A stretch of DNA of 64,000 nucleotides from Lingula anatina (taxonomy: Eukaryota > Animalia > Brachiopoda), in NCBI GenBank assembly GCA_051362555.1, contig CM120644.1, positions 14,468,534-14,532,533 on the forward strand, read 5' to 3'. The position numbers and the translations under genes are program-made. Positions within the stretch are counted from its first letter, which is position 1, and each line of letters begins with the position of its first letter. Shown here piece after piece: positions 29,201-41,322 of the stretch. The notes under the pieces are model-generated. The model was not told the origin of the DNA and made no database searches. It was given only the letters and a program-made list of their open reading frames with translations.

Positions 29201-32200
29201 ATGGAAAAATTGCAAAGTGCAGTTCATCATGAAATGTAAGTCAAAGGTCAGTTTCAAGGTCACAGTTAGATTGCCAGTATGTGACTTCCTATTCAAGTTC
29301 AATGGTAACTATGGGTGTATCTCTGCTAGTTTTGGAGATATAATGGATGGAAAAATTGCAAATTTCAGTGCATGGTGAAAAGTACTGTAGGTCAAAGGTC
29401 AATTTCAAGTTCAATAGTAACTATGGCCGTATCTCTGGGGGGGGAGGAGTGTAGTCGCTGGCCGGGATCCCGGGCTCGGTAGCTCAGTAGGTAAGAGCGG
29501 TCGCATGGTTTGCGAGAGTCCCGGGTTCGAGTCCCGGTCGAGCCTTGGTGTTTTCTCCCCCCAAATCGCTACAACAGTTTACCATCAGTTTTATATAATC
29601 TAACTAACAATATTGTTAAGGTGCAGAAAATGTCAAAAGAACACCTCCATATATCATCTTACTGAGCCTGTTAACATACCCAAGAATTAAAATTGAGGAA
29701 AATCCACATGTGTATGACAATAATCTCACATGTATTTCTTGCAACATGGTTCCCAATGTCTATTTGTAAGGACTTATCTTTTCAGTCCTATTTAAAACAC
29801 ACACAGGTGGGGACAACTACGTTACGTCACTGCGTCCGGGACACTCAAGCCTCGTTTTCCGGTCACTGAGTGATTTAATTCAGTCAGTTGCAAGCCTTTA
29901 TGCAGAGCAGACATGCTTTACTTAACATGGGGAGGTTTTCTCTGCATGACTTGGGGCTTATCAAAGAGTTATCAGAGGAAACTATCAATGCTCTGCACGC
30001 TGAATAGTAAAAAAGTAGAAAGACTTTTTTCCTCCCTGCAGCCTGCCCAAAGACTGCTATTGCAGGAAGCTGTGCAAGAGTTAAAGGACACTCCAACTAT
30101 ACCACACAATGCAAAAGCCCCCACGACGGGAAATTTGCAACAGAAACTGGACTCGGGGGACTTGCTCTCTATAGCAGATATTATGAGCATCATGGGGGAA
30201 GCATTAAAGGCGAGTGAAAAACCAACAACAGCAACACCAAAAAGCAGCTATGAAAACACCGAAGGTGAGAGAGAACTAAACACACTTTCTTCTTTGATAC
30301 CACCTAAAAAGCCCCCCTTCCGAGACGTCAGAGATTACGTCTCCCTTGTCCCTGGATCAACACAGAGAGACGCAGTAGACATGGGCTCATTCCTTGTAAC
30401 GGTTAAGGACAGCAAAATCCCACTAAATCGACTATCACAGGCGCAGTACATGGAAGGGGCACTCCGTATTGGAAAAGAGATCATCAACATTGATAAGGCC
30501 GGCACTAAGTCTCTTATGAATTACATGAGCTATCTCATTAAAATCAGCACGTTTGCAGAAACTTTTGAGTGGGACAGTGTGGTCACTTATGGCTATCAAT
30601 TCAGGAAAAAGCAGGCTAACGATGAAATAGAATGGTCCCAAGATGACACCTACCTCATGCAGCTTTTATTATGCCCCAAATAAAACAGACAAAATATCAA
30701 CAAACCAAAGAATGACCTCACAGGCAAGCCTATTTGTGAACGTTTTAATGGCCGTAATGGTTGCACTCTCAGGTTTTGCAGGTTCACCCATGCTTGCTTT
30801 AAATGCTCATCAATGTCCCACAGTGAATTTGAACACAAGAACTCCATGATCACATAAACAAAAAACTAGAAACTAATGACATTTTTGAGTCTCGCTCAAA
30901 GCAAAACTTGAACATTGGGAGCGGGAACTCGGTTCAGACTATGATAGAGACTTCATTTTAAACAGCATTATTAATGGTTTTTCCATAGTGGATAGTGAAA
31001 AAATTGTGCCAAAAAGAGTAACTGTTGAAAACTCAAAATCAACATATCAATCAGCACATCTGATTGACAAAAAACTTAAAGAAGGCATTCAAGAAGGACA
31101 CTACAAAATTGTTGATGATACACCGCATATTATTAGTGCAATACACGCTGTCCCAAAACAAGATGGGGATATCCGCATTATTCATGACTGTAGTCACCCT
31201 GAAGGGCTCAGTGTTAATGATTGTGCCACCAATGAGGGAGTCACATATCAATCAGTTCAGGATGTTATTCGTAACATTTACCCCGGGTGGTATTTAGCTA
31301 AAGTGGACTTGTCTGAAGCGAATCGCTCCGTGAACCTTCACCCTAGCAATCTAAAATTCATGGGATTAAGATGGACTTTTTCCAACGACAATACAGAAAC
31401 TACAATCATTGATACGCGCTTGCCGTTTGGGGGGAGAAAGAGTCCAAGTATCTTCAACAGACTCACTCAATCAGGGCGCAGAATGATGGAGAAAAAGGGC
31501 TTCCCAGTGGTAGTTGCTTATTTAGATGATTTCCTGGTTGCAGGCGCAACTAAAGAAGAATGTAGCGACGCATACCAAACACTACTGAAACTATTGCGTA
31601 CATTGGGATTTCAAATAAACTGGAAGAAGGTGGTCGACCCGTGCCAAAAGTTGACATTCATGGGGATAGAGATTAACACTCTCTCCGGTTTAATGTCCCT
31701 TGACCCAAATAAGCAGTCTAACCTTCTCCAGCTACTTCAGAGCTTTAGACATAGAAAGCGAACGTCGCGTAAACAACTAGAAAAACTAGCAGGACACTTA
31801 GCCTGGGCCAGTCATGTAATCCCGTGGTGGAAACTGCATACAAGAAGGATATATGACTTAATTAATACAACAGCTTCACCGCGGCATAAAAGCTTATTGT
31901 TTGGTGTCTAGCAGGACACAGCTTGATGGCATTATCATCTGCTTCACAATAGCCAGATGGCTTTCTGGAACAGTCGCCCCCCGGCGTTAGTACAAACTGA
32001 CGCTTGCATCACAGGTGGCGGAGCATACTGTGAGGGCGACTGAACTTACTGTGCTTGGGGACTAGATTTGCCACCCCTGGAAAATGAGCACATCAACGTA
32101 AAGGAGCTTGCGATCATCTTATGGGCTGCTTACCGATGGCATAGAAAATGGGCCAATCATAAAGTGCTCGTTTTAACTGACAATATTGCTACAGCAAGCA

Positions 32201-35200
32201 TTATTAACAATGGTTCTACCCCATCAAAGACAGCCTTTGCTTTGCTTGAACAACTTGTGTCACTTGCTATCTCATTTAATTTTAGTATAGAAGCCAAGTT
32301 CCTCTCCGACAAATTTAACATCACAGCTGACGCTTTGAGACGTCTTCATGAAAGGGGTCAAATAAATTGCTTTATCCAATCCGTCCGCAAGAGTGGTTAC
32401 TATATGCCAGATTATTATCTTCTAAACCACCACGTATCTCACCTCACCTTAAACTATTTATTTCTGCAGATAAACAATCGGACGGTTTCGCTGAGCAATT
32501 GGACAGGGAGGTAGCCCTACTTATTGGTCAGAGGTGGGCCCCGGCTACCAAGAGGACATATGCTTCCCATGAGCGCAGCTTCGTTAGTTTTTGTGAAAGA
32601 ATCGGCATGCTGTCAGTACCCGCCAGCAATACTACTATAGCCAGATACGTCGCTTTCCTAGCCAGGGACAAGTCATTCAAAACAGTACAGCAGTATTTAA
32701 TATCATCAGAATTCTGCATTTGGATAAGGAATATCCCAACCCACTAAATTCAAACTGGACCATCACTTCACTGTTGAAAGGCGTCAAAAGAAGTAAAGGT
32801 GACACTACGGCCTCAAAATTACCTCTGCAACCCGCGCACCTACTAAAAATCCACAGCATGTTAAACTTTTCTCAACCACAAGATTGTCGCTTCTGGGCCA
32901 CATTACTCATGGGTTTTTTCCGTCTGCTTCGCGTGAGCAACTTAACGTGCACTGGACCGGAAGACTGTAAGTCTATCTGACGATGTGACGTTAGATTCCA
33001 CAAGTCTGGAACTGTCATTAAAATTAAGAAATCAAAAACAATTCAATTTCAACAAAGAACCCATACTGTCGCCCTCCCAAGACTTACAAACAATCCATTG
33101 TGCCCAACTACAGCATTACTGTCCTTCCTCGCGTTGGCGGGACCTTCATCGGCAGACTCACCTTTATTCAACATGATTCTTAATGGACAGGAATTGAAAC
33201 TTAGTCAGCTATTTTTCAGGTCTTCCTTGAAGACTGCGCTATCCACCACTGGACTTTCAGAAACCATGTACAATACCCACAGCCTGCGACGGGGTGGGGC
33301 TACATGGCTCGCGTCTACAGGAGTGCCATTGTCAATAACAAAAGCAACAGGGGACTGGAAAAGTGACTCGGTTTTTCAATATATCGTACCAGACCCTATT
33401 TCTATCTCTACTCACTATACCATACTCTAAACCTAACTATGGATGGGTACGTACCTAGGACTGGAGTATTGAGATTTTGTTAATTATTTTATTACTGTAG
33501 ATGTAGTGACGTAGCGTAGTTTCGAAGCTATAATAAAAAGCTTCCAACCCACACCTGTGTTGTTGTTTTAAGTAAGGACTTATCTTTTAAGTCCTATTTA
33601 AAACACACACAGGTGGGGACAACTACATTACGTCACTGCGTCCGGGACACTTGAGTGATTTTATTCAGTCACTTGCAAGCCTTTATGCAGAGCAGACGTG
33701 CTTTACTTAACATGGCGAGGTTTTCTCCCACCCACCTCCCTGCAACTTTCATCACTTATTATTTATTATAAATAGCATGTTCACTAAAGAACTAATGTAA
33801 ATTTCCTCTTAACCCGGTTATCTCACATCTAGGGCGCTGGGATGCAGGGTTCTTCCCTAGGACTGGATTATTGAGATTTTGTTAATCATTTTATTACTGT
33901 AGATGTAGTGACGTAGCGTAGTTTCGAAGCTATAATAAACCTGTGTTGTTGTTTTAAATAGGGCAAATTTTTTGTCCAATTTTTGATTAATTATTATTGT
34001 TTTTTTTTTTTAGGTTATATTGCCCCCCTGTATTGAATGAGCATTTTGAGCAACCCCCTATCAGTAAAAGTAGCTGGAAGAGGAGTCAGTAGCTCTGCCT
34101 TACCACAAGCCATCATGATGTGGACGAATACTAAGATGCCCCACACTATGCAGGAATTCAGTCCAAACCATTTCTCTCTTCTCTTGGAGATACATACGGA
34201 ACATTGAATCACCAATAATAGATGTAGACATTAGCAGTGAACAGGAATCTGATCTAGACCAAGAATGCACCCTTAACAGCAGTGATATACCTGAAGAAGA
34301 AAACCTTGACCCATTGTCGTGTGGAAAAAGCTTAAAGGGGGGAAATTTGTAACAGAAGCAGAAGTGTTAGAAATACTCCATTCAGCAGAAGACATACTTA
34401 CATGCATTCCAGATGATAAAAAGGAAAATGTAATGTTCAAAATAAATAACAAGAAAAACGTAGAGCGTCGTGCCGCTGGCCCTAGCAGTAATTTCATAGA
34501 CGATTGTGGGGCTTGGGGTGGGACCCACTCACCCACAACTTTCAAAGCCAAGGTAGAGTCTAAATGGATAACTGTCGTTAAATAGCATGTTCACTAAAGA
34601 ACTAATGTAAATTTCCTCTTACTCCGGTTATCTCACAACTAGGGCGCTGGGATGCAGGGTGCTTCCCTAGGACTGGATTATTGAGATTTTGTTAATCATT
34701 TTATTACTGTAGATGTAGTGACGTAGCGTAGTTTCGAAGCTATAATAAACCTGTGTTGTTGTTTTAAATAGGGCAAATTTTTTGTCCAATTTTTGATTAA
34801 TTATTGTTGTTTTTTTTAGGTTATATTGCCCCCCTGTATTGAATGAGCATTTTGAGCACCCCTCTATCAGGAAAAGTAGCTGGAAGAGGAGTCAGTAGCT
34901 CTGCCTTACCACAAGCCATCATGATGTGGACGAATACTAAGATGCCCCACACTATGCAGGAATTCAGTCCAAACCATTTCTCTCTTTTCTTGGAGATACA
35001 TACGGAACACTGAATCGCCAATAATAGATGTAGACATTAGCAGTGAACAGGAATCTGATCTAGACCAAGAATGCACCCTTAACAGCAGTGATATACCTGA
35101 AGAAAACCTTGACCCATTGTCGTGTGGAAAAAAGTTTACAGGGAAGAAATTTGTTACAGAAGCAGAAGTGTTAGAAATACTCCATTCAGCAGAAGACATA

Positions 35201-37320
35201 CTTACATGCATTCCAGATGGCAAAAAGGAAAACGTAATGTTCAAATAACAAAAAAAATAACAAAAAAAACGTAGAGCGTCGTGCCGCTGGCCTTAGCAGT
35301 AATTTCATAGACGACTGTGGGGCTTGGGGTGGGACCCACTCACCCACAACTTACAAAGCCAAGGTAGAGTCTAAATGGATAACTGTCGTTAAAAAAGATG
35401 GATTGTTTTGTGTATACAGACAAACAAATAAGAAAAGACATGCTGTTCCCATGGAACCCCAACCTTCCCAAGTATTACAACTTCACAGATACTATACTAG
35501 TTCCAAACGCAATCCTGAATACAGAAGAAGGATAACAATGATTGAAGATATGCAACCAGCCATCGCCCTTGTTGAATACATTGGGACATACCCGGGCCCC
35601 AATAGCATCCACGGTAATGCTAAATTCACAGTAAACCCCTATTACTGCACTTCAGACTACGTCATATACTGCATAACTGCTGAACGTGATGCCAAACCAA
35701 GTGAACTTTACAAAAAGCTGGTCCGTGAAGCCGACTCAGAAAACAAAAGACCAGCAAATTTGAAACAGATTGCTAATAAAAAGTGTTACAAAAAAAAAAG
35801 GCTAGCTCTTCATCTTCTGGACCTTCTAATATAGCAAAAGACTTCATTATCTTACACAATTCACTCCATGAACACCCTTTTATTCATAGTATAAATCACA
35901 TTAAGAGCAAATCCCCTTGTGTTATGTTGTACACGGATGAGCAGATCGCCGACATCACACGATTCTGCTGCGCTGCTCCCAACATCAGCACTACAGTTTT
36001 GGGAGTCGACAAAACATACAACCTGGGACAACTTCACGTGACTTCTTTGACATACAAGCACATAGGATTAATAAGAACCAAGACCCAAGATCACCCCATA
36101 TTTTTAGGACCTATTCTTATCCATGGACAATCAGACTGGAAGACATTTGGGAACTTTTTCAATTCTATCGCAATGGAAATTCCAATAAAAAATCCAAATA
36201 TAGTCAGCGGAAGTGATGAAGAAAAAGCAATCAAGAAAGGTGCAAACTTTGGCTTTGGCAAAAACACTGATCACATTTCTTGTCATCGACACATAAAAAA
36301 CAATGCTGTAAATTTTTTGAAAGATAAAACTGGGGCCAACGAAAAAGAAAGAAACAAAATAATTTCAGCGATATTTAGCCAAAATGGACTAATATATTCA
36401 GACAATCAAGTCATTTTTGAAGAAAGGAGCCAGACAGTACTAAGAAATATTGAAAATTTGCCCCAATTTGAAAAACATTATTTAGAGAATACCCTTCCGC
36501 TGTTACAGGAAAACTTCAAAACTAAAGAAAGACACCAAGATTTACCCACTGCATGGACAAACAACATTTGCGAATCAGTGAATCACATTATCAAGATGAA
36601 AGTAAATTGGCAACCTCAAGATACTATGACTCTGGTTAATTCACTCTATGAAATTGTCAAGGGACAATATTTGGACATGGAGAGAGCCTTCATTGGGAGG
36701 GGGGAATTTGGATTGGACTCATATTTCGATAGATTCAGTGTAGACAGGTGTGCATGGGCAGGTAAAAGTGCAGAGACAAGGAAAAACACACTCAAAGGTT
36801 TTTTAATTTGCCCAAAGGTAAGCAAAATATGGTTTCTGCCTGTGGGTTGAATTTGATTGGAGGAACATGCAATGGGAAAAAGCCTAACCAACGAAAGAGA
36901 AAGAGAGCAGATAGAACAGTAACACTTCCAAGGGAGTCAGCATGCAGCAAAATTATCATATAGGGGTCATATCAGTGTTTTGGGTCTAGACTTCAGATGT
37001 CTCTGAACTGCTTTTTTTAGGTTAATGTCTTCAGAATTTGTCTTGCAGTGATTGAAATTTATATATTTTTTTTTGGTTGTTTGAACTGAACTGAACAGAG
37101 TATAATCACTGGTGAAGATTGTAGTAGTGTATAGTGGTGTCACTGTCAATACAAAGATTTATGATATATTGTAACAACAGTTTTGTTTGTTCTGTACTTA
37201 TAACTTTTTAGTTGCCTTTGCTTTGGTGACTGATCTTAAGATTCCTAGGTCCTAAGGTTTATTGTTTTGAAAATCAATTGTATGCACATCTGATGAACTC
37301 AATTTACTTTATTGCCAGTA

Positions 37321-37370
<50 letters not shown>

Positions 37371-40300
37371 TTTATTCATGCTTTAATTTGGTCTATCAAA
37401 CCTTTAGCCCAGTGAACCTTTGGACTTTTGCTATATGGCCTCTTCGATATTTATAGATGTAAAAGAAGTTTTTCATAGTTGAGAATATTTATCTCCAGCA
37501 AATAAATTCATATGAAAGTAATTTCACATTGTTTCTTGGTCACAATGGGGGTGTGCAAAGGCCCAAGAGCTAATGAACTAAACCTACTAACTAGTCGAGC
37601 AAAAAAGCCGAATCATTTGTCATAAATGCAGTTTAATGACCTCAAAGAAAATTTTCTCTTAATCTACCCACTATGCAGTGAACTTAAGAACTGTTCAATA
37701 AATGCATTCTAAACAGCTCATAGAAATAATAAATTCCATTTTACCACCAAAAGGGTGGCTAATGCATTATTATTGAATTTGTGCTGGCCAACACATAACA
37801 TGAACTCCTTAAACAGCTATATGCACTCACCAATAATCTCGTTTAATTAATGCGGGAATGGATTCATAAACTAATTGGCTATATAGTAAAAGAAAATTGT
37901 CCTTTGCTGCATTTTGGCAAAAATGAACAGATGTTCTCCCAAGTCTCCTTTGGATTTAATTTTGAGCATGTTAGGTCGACCATTCTATGGGTTTGAAAAC
38001 CCCTGACCCAAAACTGCTGATTAAACATATCCACAGTGCCGATTCCACAGCTTCTTATAAACAAAATATATATTCTGAAATGTACCAGATGTTGATGCTG
38101 CGATAGAAGCTGGGAGATGGATGCTGGTTACATTATTATACCTGACAAGAGTGGTTATAAACTATAAATCATCCTTAATTATCCTGAATTCAAGGGCAGA
38201 AAGGGATTGTCATATTATTCCTAAGAATAAAATGTCATCATTTCCCTGGGAAAAAATTCATTTCCTTGGGTAAGTGGAGTCGCCCTGTAAATAAAGTCAA
38301 TGACATTAATTGGTAGAGTAAGAATTTGCAGTGGTCCTGCGTCACCTTCAAATGTTAGAAATGTATCTGTGATGAGATTCAAACTGTGGAACATGTTTTA
38401 TTTTTGTCCTATGACAGCTTGCATTTGCAAGGATTTTAGCTTGTAAAACATCTTTGGAAAATTAATTTGGATCCTCTTGTTCAGCTTAAAGCAATAGATA
38501 ATGTCTTTAATTGTATATCAAAATCCATTTTAATTGCATGTATATCAAAATCCAAGTAAAAATTAAAGGAATAAATAGTGGGAAAATAATAAAATAAAAT
38601 AATCATACCCCTGAGATATTTGAGAAAACTAGTTGCTACCCTGATGTACATTGGGCACATGCATCATAATCATTCATCATTGCTGCTCTTAAATTTAATT
38701 TTTGTAGTGAGTGAAATATGAATGATGTAAATGATGAGTTTGTGACAAAAATTAAAATGTTCGTTAATAGGTTTATACATTATGGGGGAAATTTTGATTA
38801 TCAAATTTGATATCTGAATCCTCTCCAATGCATTTTTAAAATATTGAAATACAACATCCATGTACTGAGTGCTGCTGGATTTTAAAGAGCTTAGAAAAGC
38901 AAATCCCACAAATTAAACCCTTGTGCAAACTGAAAATAAAAAGAATGATAATAATCATCTTAAATATATGCATGAGCCTTCACCAAAACAAAAATTAAAA
39001 AAGCAGAAAGTACCTGAGCAAAAATTATAAATACACATAAAACTTACACTTTAATTTGAAGTAAATCTAGCATTCATGTACATGTCTTCTGTTAATATGG
39101 GCTTATTAAAGTTATTTGAATTAAACTAATAAAAAATTAGATTACCCAAGACTGCTGGTATCATTTTCTCCATGTTTATCTTAAATTGTAAAATTTATTA
39201 ATGCAAACAGTCATACACCAGCCCATTTAAAAAGTTCATTATATTATATATTTTCACACAAATGAAAGAGAGAAAATCAATCCACTATTAATTGAAATTT
39301 ATGCATTGAATGGATTTATTTAAAATCCAGTCTGATCAGCTGCTTCTTATGATAAATATAAACATAAAAATATGAAAAAAAAAAAAAAACGATAAGTACA
39401 CAAAAATAAAATCAACATTAATTTATTAAGCTGATAAAGTCACAAAGAAACTCTGAAACTAACACCAATAGATGCTGATAGCTCCACTTGGGTTTTCAAT
39501 ATGGCGAAAGACCCGACCATTTTATAGGTATAAGGCTGATGGTACCAACAGCTGAAGTTTGGTAAAAGATATTTATTATCCAGCAATACTTCTCTCTCAT
39601 ATTAACCTGTTTTAATGTTACAGGCCTTTTCTAATATTTACTCACTCTCGCTTTCGTTTTTCCCAGTGTATTGTGCTGTATTGCGTCGTATTGCGCATTT
39701 CAGCTCTACCCAATAATAATTGTATGATAAAATGTTTTTTTTTCTGAAAAGCTCACAAGAGGGAGTAAGTCATGTACAGTAATCAAGACAATCTGATGAA
39801 GGGTAATGTGTGATGCTTCATAGGTAAACATATTTTTGATCTTTCTTTGCCTTTTATTTGGTTTTAAAATAATTTTTGGCGAAAGGCAAGTACTTTCTCT
39901 CAGAATTGCCATAAATTCACTGCCTGCCTGTCACAATATTTGCCTCAAACCACTAGCTGACACTTGGGCTGTTCTCCCATAACTCACAATATCACTCAGA
40001 TGACAGAGTGATATCTCACACATTACCTCTGACATGCTGAAAACTTTTCAGAAGGGCCAGATATTTGGACCGACAGTAATGAAAAATTTGCCAGACCAAA
40101 TGGATTTTTGTCGGTCCAAAAATCACTTTTCGTTCGAGGCAGATACTACAGGTACGAATAGGTAGCTTACTTTGTTTGTGAATGTGACAGTTTTGAAATG
40201 GAAGGAAAAAATGCTTTGGGTTTAATATAATTTTATTAGTGAAGTATGTCGAAAGATGACTGTAACTTCAAAATTGCGGTTTTTAAAACTCTTGTCGGTT

Positions 40301-41290
40301 CTTTGGACTGACCAAGTCCAATTTTCTACCGGTCCAGACAAATTTTCCCAGTCATGACCGATTGGACAGTTTCAGCATGTCTGTTACCTAACTCTATATT
40401 TAAGATTTGATTAATCATTAATTATTATTATAATAATGAGAATTGAGTTTCTTAGACTGTAGCCTGTACTCTCTGAGCATTTGACACGTTTATGACTTTT
40501 TTTTTCCTTTTTTATTTTACAAAAGGTCTATAATTTTCAATCAGTCACTATTTATACCATTATTGATGTGCTTTTTGCTATGCACGTTTTATTTGATTTT
40601 TCTGTGAAATGCTGGTACTTACACTATGTATCTCAAATAATGCTCTCTGGCAATATATGCCTTGAATAGCTTGGTGATATACTGTGTACATTGCAAGGAT
40701 GACAGTGTGATACTGTTATCTCACAAATTACTTTATTCTATATGTATAATTAATGTATGTATAATTAATGCATAATTACTAATAATAATAATAATAATAA
40801 TAAGTAAGTTTCCTTGGTTGTGGTCTGCACTCTCTGGGTCTTTTTATTTTCTGCTTTTGGTCTGTACATTTGACAGCTTTGCTGCCTTGTTTATCATAAT
40901 AACCATTATGATCAACAACATGCACAAGTATGTTATCAAAATCATGCATTCATTCACATGTGCCTCGTGACGACTTACCTGGTACAGATCAATATAATCT
41001 GTCTTTAACTTTTCTAGACTGGTCGTAACAGCTTGGTCAATGTCTTCAGCAGTGTATGGCGCACTATTTGCGCCTTTTCCATTGCCTACCTTGGAGGCTA
41101 GTACAATATCTCTTCTCTTACTGGGGTCCATTATCTGCCCCAGAACAGAATGGGAGTTCAGATATGCCTGTAACATAGAATACAGAAATAAATAAATAAC
41201 TTTGTTATATGATTGTATGAGAGAGACAGACACTGATTGTGAGTGTGTGTATGTGTTTATGTGTGTGTGGGGAGAGAGAGAGATGGGGCA

Positions 41291-41322
<32 letters not shown>

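Larger units (their letters stand above)
29766..33957 (+). mobile_element. Tyrosine-recombinase retrotransposon (DIRS order, Ngaro/PAT-type split direct repeats), full-length but decayed
   Basis: A1 29766-29942; gag-like ORF ~29913-30850 with a CCCH-type finger ([19 protein letters not shown]) after a frameshift; RT 30988-31911 ([19 protein letters not shown]); RNase H ~31990-32400 (QTDAC, HINVKEL, TDN, ADAL); YR ~32500-33430 ([23 protein letters not shown]); then B1 33454-33571, A2 33572-33727, B2 33856-33957. Several stops and frameshifts. Confidence 0.93.

Noticed and set aside
29473-29545. Functional tRNA-Thr(GGT) gene
   Set aside because: Mismatched anticodon stem, non-canonical loop, an anticodon rare in eukaryotes, and it is embedded in a PPT-LTR structure.
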